From Pelomyxa schiedti (lineage: Eukaryota; Protista; Evosea): a stretch of 64,000 nt of DNA. The first letter of the stretch is position 1. Each line of letters opens with the position of its first letter. A program made the position numbers and the translations under genes. Below the pieces are notes generated by a model. That model was not told the DNA's origin, made no database searches, and worked only from the letters and a program-made list of their open reading frames with translations. This document shows positions 29,580-40,847 of this stretch, piece by piece. The stretch is from the NCBI GenBank assembly GCA_020536535.1, contig JAHLWZ010000832.1, positions 1 through 64,000 on the forward strand, written 5' to 3'.

Positions 29580-31842
29580 TCAAAATCTTGGTGCTCTCCA
29601 GAGGCACAGTGCGTTGTCAGTGTTGCCTGCCAAAAAAGCAGGTGCATCACGCCAGTAGAAGGAAACCAGAGTCTTGATGCCCCTAGAGGCAAGCTTGGGA
29701 AGCCTTAGTTCAGATAGGGGGCTGGGGCTGCTTGTGGTTGGAGATGCTATTGTTGCTGTTGCTGTTGCTGTTGCTGTAGCTGTAGCTGTCGCTGTTGCTG
29801 TTGTTGTTGGGACAAGAAGCTCGCCACTGGTGGATATTGTCAAAGCAGCCGGACCGCAGCCGGAGTTTGATCTCATTGACCGCGGGGTGGTGGGGTTGTA
29901 TTGAGTGGATTGGGCAGAACCCGAACCGCTGACGGCGAGGGTGCTGATTCCGCTCTGCGAGAGGAAGGAACTCCCGCTAAAACTTCCGGAACCGGCCCCT
30001 GGTGAGCCACTTGCACCACCGTCGGATTGAGGAAGGGGAGGACTTGGCATTGGGAAGTTGAATTCGTGTATTTTGTTGAAGTGATTGGCTGGATCCCAGC
30101 ATATCACTGCCCCACTCAAATCAGATGACAATACTAAATTCTGAAACATGCATAAGCGAGTGACTTCTTTTTGATGAACAAGTTTCTTGATTTCCTGGGG
30201 AAAGTAAAAACCAATATCATGAATGATGTTCTGACTCCAACCTTCCCATCAGAGTTCATTACAAACATGGTGTTCCCACAAGCAACAAGCATGAGGAACC
30301 CAACTGGCTGCAAAGCACCCACTCGCCAACTTGTGTGGAGGGGAATCTCAGTGACGGGGGCACTGTCAGAACTAGCAGAATTGGAAGGTAGGCTGGTAGA
30401 AATAATACGAATGAGATCAAAGCAGCCCAACCAGACGTGATTTCCCAAGAAAGCTATACTGTTTATCACCTGATTAACAGTAAGACGTCCTTTGACTTTA
30501 CCACTCTTTTGACAGTGAGTACAAGAATGCTGTAATTGTAAACCAGACCTCTGTGATAATGACTATTTGACTGTTATTACTCGCTGGCGCACAGCTCCAA
30601 ATTTCGGGATCAACCCCTGGGGATTCATTCACTACTAAGCATCGTACAAAACTATGCTCTGCGTCATGGACCAGGTACTTCTTGCACTTAAATGTCTGGT
30701 GCAGCCATTAGTTTCAACACCTTGAGGTGGGATTAAGACCTTTGAGTTCACAGACCAAACAGTGGATTGCTCACTGCTCACGAAAACGTTGTTTTTTACA
30801 TGTACCATTGCGTAAATCCTTGATTTGTGGACTTGAATGGTATTTATAAGATCCAGATTTTGGGAATTCCACAAGGAAATAGCGCCCTCGGTTCCTCCAA
30901 CCTGTAGAACATGAGAAAGAAATATCAATATTCACTTGGACAGACCCATATAGTACCGTCCACCACAAGAACACTACAGACCCGTCCACCAGGGACAGGG
31001 GGCAATGTCGTAGGCTCCAAATTAAACACAAGATGTGGCTAGATGTTAATCTCTTTCAGAAGAATTTAATTGAAGAACAAATGATACTTTTAGAGCTGCT
31101 CCCACAGCAGGTGTTACAGTGATCTAAGTGCGATTAGTGGTCACTTAATAGCATATAATTTGACAACCTGATTAAGAAGGGAGGAAGATGAATTGGACAT
31201 TGTCGAAGTGGCAGATATTGCGATAGGACGTAAAGCAGTACTAATTGGCTCAGGAGGAGGAGGGAGCGTATAAGGTGGGGTGCTAGTGTTACTGTGATGT
31301 TGTCCGTGCTCGGATTCGATGCTAGATTGAGCGCGGTGGTGGTGGTGATGGTGCTCGTGCTGCTCGCCTTCCGGATTCCTGGGACTTTTGAGGAGTCGTG
31401 CACTTCGCGGGGTAGTAGATACAGAACTTTTTTGTTGTTTTTGTTAGAATGACAGCTACTAAAGTTGCACTTACGGGTCTGAACTCTGTGAGTCCTGGCC
31501 GATCGTTAGAGAAGGTAATTTAGGAATGTTTATCGTCAGTGTCCTAGCTGTCGAAAGAACAGTTGACTGTGAATTTTCTTCGGGTTCGTCGTCTTTCCCA
31601 TGTTTGCTGTGTTTCGATTGCCTTTTGCTGTTGGAAGTATCACTGTCGTCTGTGGCAGTGGTCGTCGTATTAATAGTGTTTTCATTCGGGAGGGTGTGAT
31701 GGCGCTGGGACTTCAAAACCAGCGGTTCGTCTTCAGTCGCGTCGGGGTGCTCTGGGTCTTCGTCTTTGTTGCTTGTATCAGCAGTGTTGTCTTTGTCTTG
31801 TTTGCGCCCTTGTTGTTCGTCCCCGATCGCGGCTTTGTCCAT
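29580..31842 (-). CDS. WD40/beta-propeller protein with acidic low-complexity N-terminus
   Basis: GGTEGAISLWN, VHKSRIYAM, SSDLSGAVICWD, AGNTDNALCLW. Confidence 0.7.
29750..29808. repeat. (TGTTGC/TGTAGC)n hexamer repeat encoding Thr-Ala repeats on the minus strand
   Basis: tgttgctgttgctgttgctgtagctgtagc... within the WD40 gene. Confidence 0.85.
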
Positions 31843-32008
31843 TCAAGATCTTGAAACAAAAATGCAAAAAAAATGAAAAGAAAGAGCACAGAAAAGATCG
31901 TATGCACGGAAATCTGGTTTCGGCGCGTGATGTGCGCGCACACCCAAGAGAAAAAGCCAGATCCGGGGGATTTTGATTGACTTGACTTTTTGACGTGCTG
32001 CTCTTGGC

Positions 32009-34212
32009 CTAAGTTTTGCCAGCCAGTTGCTTGAAATAGTCGAGATTCCGGGCCACGGCGCCAGTAACGTTGTGGGGATCTACGACGGTTGCAGTGTCGG
32101 CGGCGAACGAGATCCACACGTGGTTGGAGAATGAAGTGACCGCAAATGTGCTGCTCACGTAGCCCACGGTGGGGTTGAGTCCAATAACGGCTCTCACTGG
32201 GTTGCCAAGGACGTACATCTGTTGATTGGGGTGAGTGCCCGCTTTTTTTTTTAGTATAATAAACACATGTTTATGATTAAAATTTATGATATGACAAATG
32301 GCGGATTTCGGTTGTGTTGGAGGGATGTCACTACACTTTATTTATTTACTTTTTGGCGTTACTTACCTGCTTTGCAGGACCAGGAATGCTGGCGTAGGCC
32401 AAGCTTGCCTAGAAAGGATCACAAGTAAAAGTAAATTGAAAGATGTAGATTTAGTGCTGAATGATGTACCTTGGTTGAGATTGTCTTGTGAAGGCTTGGG
32501 AGGACACATCGAGGGAGAAACCCAACAATTTTCCAAATTACAGTCCCAGATATCAACTCTGACATTACCTTTTTGTGATCAAAGTTTCTATTGATAGTAT
32601 TGGTTCTGCCCAAGTTAGGAGGTCATCTTACCTGTGGACTGTCTTTAGAACTTCCTCTGCGGAACCACTCCCTAAAGGAAGCTTCAAAGCAACTGTTCCA
32701 AACTGGTTTCCCACGATGAGAGAATTTGCAGTTGGAAGTCGCATATTTGGGGACACTGCCATATGGATGGAAGGCGGCATTGCTGTTTTATTTGGATATT
32801 GCTCTTGCAAGGCGCAACAAATACAAGAAAGAATCTATGTCACATTGTAAGTCATAGGGCAGGCTGGAATAGGGAACATACTAGACTGTTGAAGGAAGCA
32901 TTTAAAGCGTGAGCAGTAGCTTTGTAGTCATCCAGAGTGCCCAAGTCACACCAAGCAACCCGGCACTCCCCTGTTCTCCATTACTTTTCACTTGATATTT
33001 TCAAGGATTTTGACCTGTTATATTTGGCAAGGCGGGGCGGAAGATCCCGTCAGGGTCTGCAGGTGTCATTCCTTGTCTCCAGAATGCAAAAAAGGATGCA
33101 AGAAACAGTTTGAGTGCATTTCCGCTTGAAATTTTATTGGCAATTCTATTTGCCATTTCTGTTGCCCAATGGGCGGCTTCCTTGACCCTACGGTGATGTG
33201 AATAGTCATTCTACTCCAACAGTACCTTACTCTAATCCTGTATCTGGCTTATCTGTCATCATGGATACCAAAATACTTGCAAACGCTATTCCATCAGCCA
33301 CACAGTGATGGCATCTAAGAGAAAATGCCCAGCCCGAAACAGGAGGTGAGCCTCTACTGGAAGAAAAGCCACACTCAACCAAGTTAATATTCTCTATGAC
33401 GTGGATCTAGTGAAGTATTTTTTTCTAAGCCTAGAAGGAGCTTATAGACCTCCCACAGTGGCTTCGAGAAATCTGTTGGCTTTGAACGAATTCTGGACAG
33501 AAGAGCCTCAAGTTCCGATTTCGATCCTAATGTCTCCAATTTAGTGGAGACTTTGAAAAAGGCAGGTCGTACGACCTGAACTTAATCGAGACACAGAGAT
33601 GTGCTGGTCTAGATGCACAACACACCTTTCCCAAAAAAAACTCTAAGTACTTTCAGTGGGACAAATAATTGGAGGAAGGAAGTTACACACTTCTCTGTGT
33701 TTCCGTAAAGTTTGGTTCATTCTGGGTTTGTAAGTATAGTCGAAGCAAAAAAAAAAAGAGTTAATAGTACCTTTTTATAGCTCCAACTCGACTTTTGACA
33801 AGAGCAAAAAACTTGTTTCTCTCAAACATGCCCTCAATGACACAAAGGGCCTACCAGGGGTATGAGAACACACCAAATAAATATTCCTTACCATTGGCAT
33901 TACAGGACCTTTAGGTAAATCTGCCCTGGCCATGGCCAAGTCAAGAAACTCCAAATGGTCAGCACTCTCCGGAATTCTAAAAAAAACCTGATTTAGACCT
34001 GGAGACAGAAAAACATGTGGAAGCTACTCCAACACACCGTGGCCAACAGAACTGTGCACAGCAATATAATATTACTACTGCCCACCAAGGTAATATCAAG
34101 CAAGCCACCAACCAGTTACTCCCATACAACCTAACATTCTCCAATTAAAAAAGAAAGTTTGAGCACAGAAGGGGAACAGAGCGGCGAAAACAAAACCGGC
34201 CATAATTGGCAT
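32009..34212 (-). CDS. Wax ester synthase/diacylglycerol acyltransferase (WS/DGAT) family
   Basis: Catalytic CHHCVADG (HHxxxDG); TLDDYKA; MAVSPNMR..GNQFG; NDVPW-adjacent exons and C-terminal FAVTSFSNHVWISFAAD. Confidence 0.78.
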
Positions 34213-34387
34213 GCTTGTATTTCCTTTTTGCTGCCACCCACAATAGCACACCCAACGTAAGCGAAAAGGCCCACTGCCAGTTTGTCATTTATTTGAAAGC
34301 ACCGCTGTGTAAGTGTTCTGAAATTGAGGTGAGTGCGTGGTACGATGGACTTGATGAGGGTGCAGCACTGACCTAAGCACCTAACCT

Positions 34388-35902
34388 ATGAAGAACCCGT
34401 TGGTCGTGGGACAGATTTGGCTTGCAATTCGTCCCTTGACCAATCAAGAGGTCAAATCAGAGGGAATCTGTGCTGCGAAAACTTTCTTTTTGTTGTTGAT
34501 GGACGCATGCGGCCGATTCTGTGGGCTTGTGACCCAGTACGCCGACCGATTCCGGTTCCCAACTCCCAGCTTCGAGACCGCATCTGAAAACAAGCCAGAT
34601 AAGGACGACGGGGGTGATAACGACAACGAGGACGAGAACGACGACGCCGACGACGAGGAGCCTAAACGTGACGTGTCGAGAATTCCCAACTTGGCGTACT
34701 TGTGCTCCAGGCAAATTGCCTCGCGAATTGCATCCAACGCCAGGCACCGCAAGGCGACGCCTCGGGGCACCCAAAGTCCCAGCAGCCGCAGTTGCAATTC
34801 GACTGGAGATGAAAGGAATAAGGAGGGCGCGGGGCGAGTTCCGGAACCTGGTGGGGTTTCTTGTGGGAGCGCGGGCAATTGTGGGAGGAGCCAGGACGCC
34901 GTAGTCGGTGGGGATTTGGTTGCACTGCCGATTCCGTGCCAGGAGGGCATTTTGAACGCATCAAATGTGGTCAGTGAGTGGCTGGCCTGCAGGGACGCAA
35001 TCCTACACGGCCCGGCGAGGCCAGAAGAATGCAATTGTGGGACCGCCTGCACCTGCGCCGGCAAGTCCTCTCGCTCCTCCCCTTCTTCTTCTTCTTCTTC
35101 TTCTTCTTCTTCTTCTTCTTCTTCTTCTTCTTCTTCGCGGAATGGCCTGGAGGACATTTGCGGCGCCGTTGTGGATTCTAGTGCGGAAAATATTCTCAGT
35201 CGTGCGCAGAGGGCTGGGGTGCTTGTTCTGCCTCCGGGACACGAGATTTGCAAGTGCAGCCTCATGTCACAGGAGAGGCTGCTGTGGACGGCTTATTTCA
35301 ACTCTGTGTGCTCGACCGAGGTGTGCTCGAACAAGGAGCGCCGCGCCGTGGTCGCGTGCAAGAGGGCCGTTGGGGGGATGTCCTACAACCTAGGGGAGAC
35401 CGTGGACAAGATTATGGGAGGCGTTGTGGCCGCCGGCCTGCATCCCATTGGAGTAGGAGTTACTTGCCTGGCACTTCTTCTTGGTGCCAGAGTTCTATCC
35501 GCTCATCTCCGGAGAGTTGCTGCCAATGTTCTGAGGTTCGTTGGCCGGTGGGTGTTCACAAGGGGGATGCACCACATTGCCTGGAATTTGGAATCCTCGA
35601 TCCCGGGCACCAGACTTAGCAGGAAAAGTGCACTATACCAGAACTGGTGGCCGCGTACCCCTGAATGGGTGACCAAGATTGTTGACTCTGTACACTGGCA
35701 GCTCACAGACCCCGGTCTATCATTTGACAACGCCGTGGCTGTAAGAAGTGCCGCCGTTGGTGTCACTGTTGTGTACATAGGATTGGTAGCTGTGAGGAAG
35801 TGGCTGGAAATACGTTCCAAGCGCAGACAAGCATGTGAATTGGCTGAGGCCTTCATGCTCTGGAAGCGTGGTGTATTGGGACCAACTACTAAAAAAGGCT
35901 GA
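34388..35902 (+). CDS. Uncharacterised intronless protein with two predicted hydrophobic segments and a poly-Ser tract
   Basis: 504-codon ATG ORF; IPNLAYLCSRQIA resembles a BC-box. Confidence 0.65.
   Translation: MKNPLVVGQIWLAIRPLTNQEVKSEGICAAKTFFLLLMDACGRFCGLVTQYADRFRFPTPSFETASENKPDKDDGGDNDNEDENDDADDEEPKRDVSRIPNLAYLCSRQIASRIASNARHRKATPRGTQSPSSRSCNSTGDERNKEGAGRVPEPGGVSCGSAGNCGRSQDAVVGGDLVALPIPCQEGILNASNVVSEWLACRDAILHGPARPEECNCGTACTCAGKSSRSSPSSSSSSSSSSSSSSSSSSRNGLEDICGAVVDSSAENILSRAQRAGVLVLPPGHEICKCSLMSQERLLWTAYFNSVCSTEVCSNKERRAVVACKRAVGGMSYNLGETVDKIMGGVVAAGLHPIGVGVTCLALLLGARVLSAHLRRVAANVLRFVGRWVFTRGMHHIAWNLESSIPGTRLSRKSALYQNWWPRTPEWVTKIVDSVHWQLTDPGLSFDNAVAVRSAAVGVTVVYIGLVAVRKWLEIRSKRRQACELAEAFMLWKRGVLGPTTKKG
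35082..35135 (+). repeat. (TTC)n microsatellite (poly-Ser)
   Basis: Perfect cttcttctt... tract in frame in ORF 34388. Confidence 0.9.
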
Positions 35903-35985
35903 AGGGAACACACTGTGCAAGTCCAATTTAAATAGAAAACTTTTATGGTTTTTTTCTTGCTTTTTTCACTCAACAAAGAAAAGTG

Positions 35986-38020
35986 TCAACTTCTGTAAGG
36001 CACAAGACCTGGCAGTGATGAGGTGTGTATCTGTTCCAGGAACTCCACTGGACGGGTAATAGCACCGGCAAATGTTGATGTGCTAACAACTACAAGGAAG
36101 TGCTCGTTGGCAGCCACTGCAATGTGGTCACCGCGATTATCAGAGGAGAATGTTGCACTGTGTGAGGAAACTTTTGTTGGGTGGTACATCAGCAGTCCAA
36201 CTCCGACGTTGAGTGCTGGAGAGGGGGCATTCTTGCTGTTGCTGTTGGCAAAGAATGCTTTGAATTGTTGCACATAATTCTCAGTTATTAAAGGTAGGTT
36301 GGACTCTGCACATAGTCTGGAAAATATCTGGCGGCATATAAATAATAGAAGGGAAGTAACCAATATACCTGCTGCTCGTGGGAGATGAAGAATTCATTCC
36401 ATGTTTTAGATACAAGACGCACTGACAGGAGTGATTTCACATCTAGGTTTCCCATAATGTGTAGAGTCAATGCATTCCCAATAGCAGCGAATAAATGTGC
36501 CTCGGGTGATGTCACCTGTGGGTAGTGTAACCTAGAAGAGGAAAGTGGGTGTAAACCTTGTTGGGAGGCGTCATCCGTACGAACTTGCTGAAAGATTGTA
36601 AAGCTTCAAGGGAAGGAAACGAAATATTGTGGTGTGGACCATCTGAGAATTGTTTATCCCCAAGAAGCTTCCCATCAAGAGTGGAAACCAGCTTTATTCG
36701 AAATTAGAATGGAAGACAGCCAGTAAGTATCTTACAATGTAATTAATATCTTGCATGCTCTTCTGAGCCACATATCCAGAAAGAAGTGCATTCAACTGTT
36801 CATGTAATTCAATAGGTCCTCCACAAACACAACTTGTATCCAAAGCCATTGGATGGTGAAGAAGCTGATGCATGCTTGGGATCATGGTGTGGTCGAGGGC
36901 GAAGTGCATTATCTGGGTTTTTTTTACTAAAGGCGCCGCCCAATAGAATTTTCCTTACTTGTGTTCGTGTTCGTGCAGAGAGGAAAGTAGCCAAATCTGG
37001 AACTCTTCTCAGGAATGCTTCCAATCCCTCAGCGTATCCTACAACAAATTATTTCTTTCTCCTTCACTTGAAACGGAAACCTGGAGCTTGCCGAATATGG
37101 AGAATAACTGATTCTGCACACTGTCCGATTGTCTCAGGAGAAGCAAACGGAAGCAGTTGATCAAGAGAAGGACCTTTGGAAAGGTTCATCAAAATCCTAA
37201 GACCAGATAAGAGTTTCTTGACATTTTGGTTGCTACTGTCTGATATCATCTTGTGTGTACGTCTGAGATTGCAGGACTTGAACAACAAAGTCAGTATCTT
37301 CATTATGCAGCTGGCTCTTTATCAAGGATTCGAGGATCTCTTTGTTGTACTTTGCTTTCATTTCGGGGGAGAACTTTGGGTAAACTAACTTCATTATCTT
37401 GCCACTTTTCGCAAAGATTCTAATTTAGGTGAAAGGAAGTCCCAAAATTATATATAGATACTACTTTGTGTACGCCTCCAAGACACCAGGCAGAGAAAGG
37501 TCCGGGTGCATAGAAGAAGCAAGGTCTGTCTGGAAAATTCAAAAGGAAGTTCTAGGTTGAAAGTACATACTATTTGAGTCGGAGATAGTGTGGGGCAATT
37601 AGCAATTGTGAGAAATAAATCAGAGTCCTCACTAGATTCAGTGACAATTTTCTTCAGTGCAGCACAATGTGGTGCATATTTAAGCATCAATAAAACCCAA
37701 GAATTTCTTTCCAAAGCGGAAGCTTCACCAATCAAGTCACCCTGAGACAATCCTTACAATTACAATAAATAAAATAAAATAAAATAAAAAAAGGAAAAAA
37801 AAACCATAGGGCTCCAATGTGGCCAATTATTGTTGTTTGCCCTGACCACGGCGGCTGCCCACGCGTCCCATAACTGTGCATCTGCGGCGGGAGATAACAA
37901 TATCTCCCGACACACCTTTACGCCGCCCTCAGTTCCGGCGAATCTTATCAGCCTCGATACCGTTGCAGATCTCCCCTTGTTGTTTGCTGGTGCCGGTGCT
38001 GGGGGTGGCGGGGCTGACAT
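35986..38020 (-). CDS. Uncharacterised multi-exon protein with an F-box-like motif in its C-terminal third
   Basis: LFAAIGNALTLHIMGNLDVKSLLSVRLVSKTWNEF; chain of minus-strand exons from MSAPPPP. Confidence 0.55.
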
Positions 38021-38409
38021 TTCCTTCTATCAAGTCCGCCAACGCTGCGCTGGAAAAAAAACTTGGTGTTGTGGGGAAATTTCCCGGATCGTGTTCTTCG
38101 TGTTGCAGGACGTGATCATTGTGTCGTTTGGTTGGGTTTACCTGGAAGACATGATTGAACATTCTTTGGTCAACGAGGTGCTTGGCAGTCCGGGGTATTA
38201 ATTATGCCAAATTTCGGGACACGGGCTTAGGTAGGAGTGATACTCAGAGATCTCCATCCCATCAAAAGTCAACTTTGAGGGTGCAACTGTTTTTATTTTC
38301 GTTTCTTTTTTATTTTCGCGAAGACCTTTGGTGACAGGGAGGCACCACCCGTTACGCAACAATAACGATAGATCCTTCACTATAAATTCATAACAGAGTA
38401 GAGAGTGAG

Positions 38410-40847
38410 ATGCGGTTTGCAGTTCTGTTGGTTGCTCTTGCATCGTTGTTGTCGGTGTCACTTTGCGCGCCGCCCCGCACATTGCGTCATATTGGACCTA
38501 CTCTTAAAGATGTGATTTACGCCGCCGGACAACCCAAATCGTCACGTGACTTTTACGAACGCATGACCGCTCTTGCTGCTCTGGGCTATCTCCCTAGGGA
38601 ACACGAGCAATCTGTCTGCGAAAACGCCGTCTCTCACCTCCAGCAAATTGTACAACGGCTCACCAGTGAAACCAAGTCCGCAGACATTGTTATCGATCTG
38701 GATTCTCTCTTGGGAATCTCCGTCACCTTCGGGTGTGAGCTCCAAATCGCTGAAGATACCATCATGGCGATAGCCGACACCGAGGCGTACTCCACTCTCG
38801 ATGAACTGTTTTACGCTGTTAAAACGCTCGAATTCGCTGCCGTGAAGGGTATCCACCTAGCTGATGACGTCACACTCGCGGAGTTCGTGGAAAAGGTGAT
38901 TGACTTGTTAGGTCATTTGCCACTCATTGTGTTCAGATAATGGAGTTGGAGTCTGACGGCTACTTCCTGACTGAAGCCGCGTCCCAATCGGTTCTTGCTC
39001 ATAATTACCCAAGCAAAAATTTAAACATCTTTCTCATTCCAGACGACCTTGTTCAACACTGGGTTGGCACTTTCAGCTTTGGGGAAACTTCATAAGCTTG
39101 GTGCCAATATCGAGGATGTGGAGAAGCTTCAAACAATGCTGGATGTCATTTTTGACCAACTGCAATACAAAAACAAAGTATTGGGATTCTGGTCTGATGG
39201 TGAGGAGGAAGACCGTGTGCGAGTAACTTCTGCACTGTTCTCTGGGTTGGTAGCCTTCTCAGAAGTTGTCAAGTTCGATGTACCTGAGGTATAGCATCCC
39301 GGTGCCCAACTTTACACCAAAATAACTTCTTTATCCTCCAGGCTAAGATTTCTGACATCCAACGGTTCTTGTTGAGGTACAAACCCTCATCTCCATCTGA
39401 AGCATACTGGCAAGTGATGGGGTTGATTTCACTGCACCGAAATCCGTTTGCCAAAATCATTGCCTCAGTTGAGCCTTTGGAAACCTCCTTTTTAACTGGA
39501 GAGACTGCCAACCTTGTGGTATGGAAGCATGTATGAAGGGTCAACATGTTCATACAGTTTTAGGTTGGTGTTTTTGATCTTATGGGAGTTTTGATTCAAG
39601 ATCATTTCCTTGTATTACTAACTGGGAAGACATCTCACGAAGTGCCCAGGGCTTTCATTGAATCCACACCTGGAGTTTATTCTCTCGCAGTTCCAATGTA
39701 TGATATATCGATCTTATACATGTAGTGATTGCATTCAGGGTGGAGCCAGGTTACTATGAGACTTCTGTTACCGCCTCGGCTTCCAACCCTGAGGATAAAT
39801 ATATTGCATTGGAGTCTCTCAAAATTTCCTTTACTGTGAGTGATCGTCACTTCACCAACTTCTAAATCGCCTATCTAGGCTCTTGGAGTTATTGATGTTC
39901 CCTCTGTGGAGACCAACCAAACTAACGGGTTTGATAGTTCGATCTGAGGGAAATACTAACAAATAACAGAAAACTCATCTATCCCGCGAAGTACACCGAC
40001 GATTTGGTTATTTCTCCATCTTCACCAATTTCTTTCACCTTCTCGGTTTTGTACGCAACTCAAAAGAAAACAATTTTCTTATCTGTCTCAGGGACAAGAT
40101 GTCTGGCAAACCAATGTCTGTTCAGCAGGCAGCACTTCTCTTTACATCAGGGGATTCTGTTATACAACCCCCTGCAACTCTTACAGCTCCAGGGGTATAC
40201 TCTGTTGTGATGGTGTGTTTATATTGGCTTATAAACACTAACGACCAACTACAGAATCCAATCAAATTTTCTGCCGAGTCTGGGAAATATAAAATTTCTC
40301 TTGTTGCTGGTGACATCGCAGCCAAAAAGGTCAATAAAATAGCGCGTAACTTAAGTGTAAAAAATTCACACACTTTGTCATGTCAGCCAGTGGAATGGGA
40401 ACTCGGCACAGCTGCCATAACTTTCACCACATCCGTGCCTACAGGAGTCCGAGATGCTGTACTTTCTCCTAAGCCGGCAATAGAACACAAGTTCTCTGTC
40501 CCAGCACGGAGACCCGGTATTATTGTTTGGAGCACTTTCACTGGTTTAGTTTGCTTACCTTTTGTTGTCCTTGTCTTCTTCGTATGCTTCTTTTTCTGTG
40601 ACTCTGTCATAACACTCTTCACCAGTTGTTGCACATCGGAGTGTCTCTGGTTCAACCAGCCAACTTCTTGGCAACAGCAGCTTTCGCGGCCTGCATATGC
40701 AGCTATGCCGCCCTTCTTGTGGCTTACTGGCTGTGGCTTAACATGCTGCAGACACTCTTCATTATGGCACTTTTAGCAGTTCCCACTATGCTTTCTGCAA
40801 GAGCAGCGTTGTTGGGACGATCAGGAATTAAAGTTAAACAGCCTTAA
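38410..40847 (+). CDS. RPN2: Oligosaccharyltransferase subunit ribophorin II (Swp1)
   Basis: Signal peptide; QQAALLF; GKYKISLVAGD; W.LG; PKPAIEHKFSVPARRP followed by 3 TMs and YWLWLNMLQTL. Confidence 0.85.
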
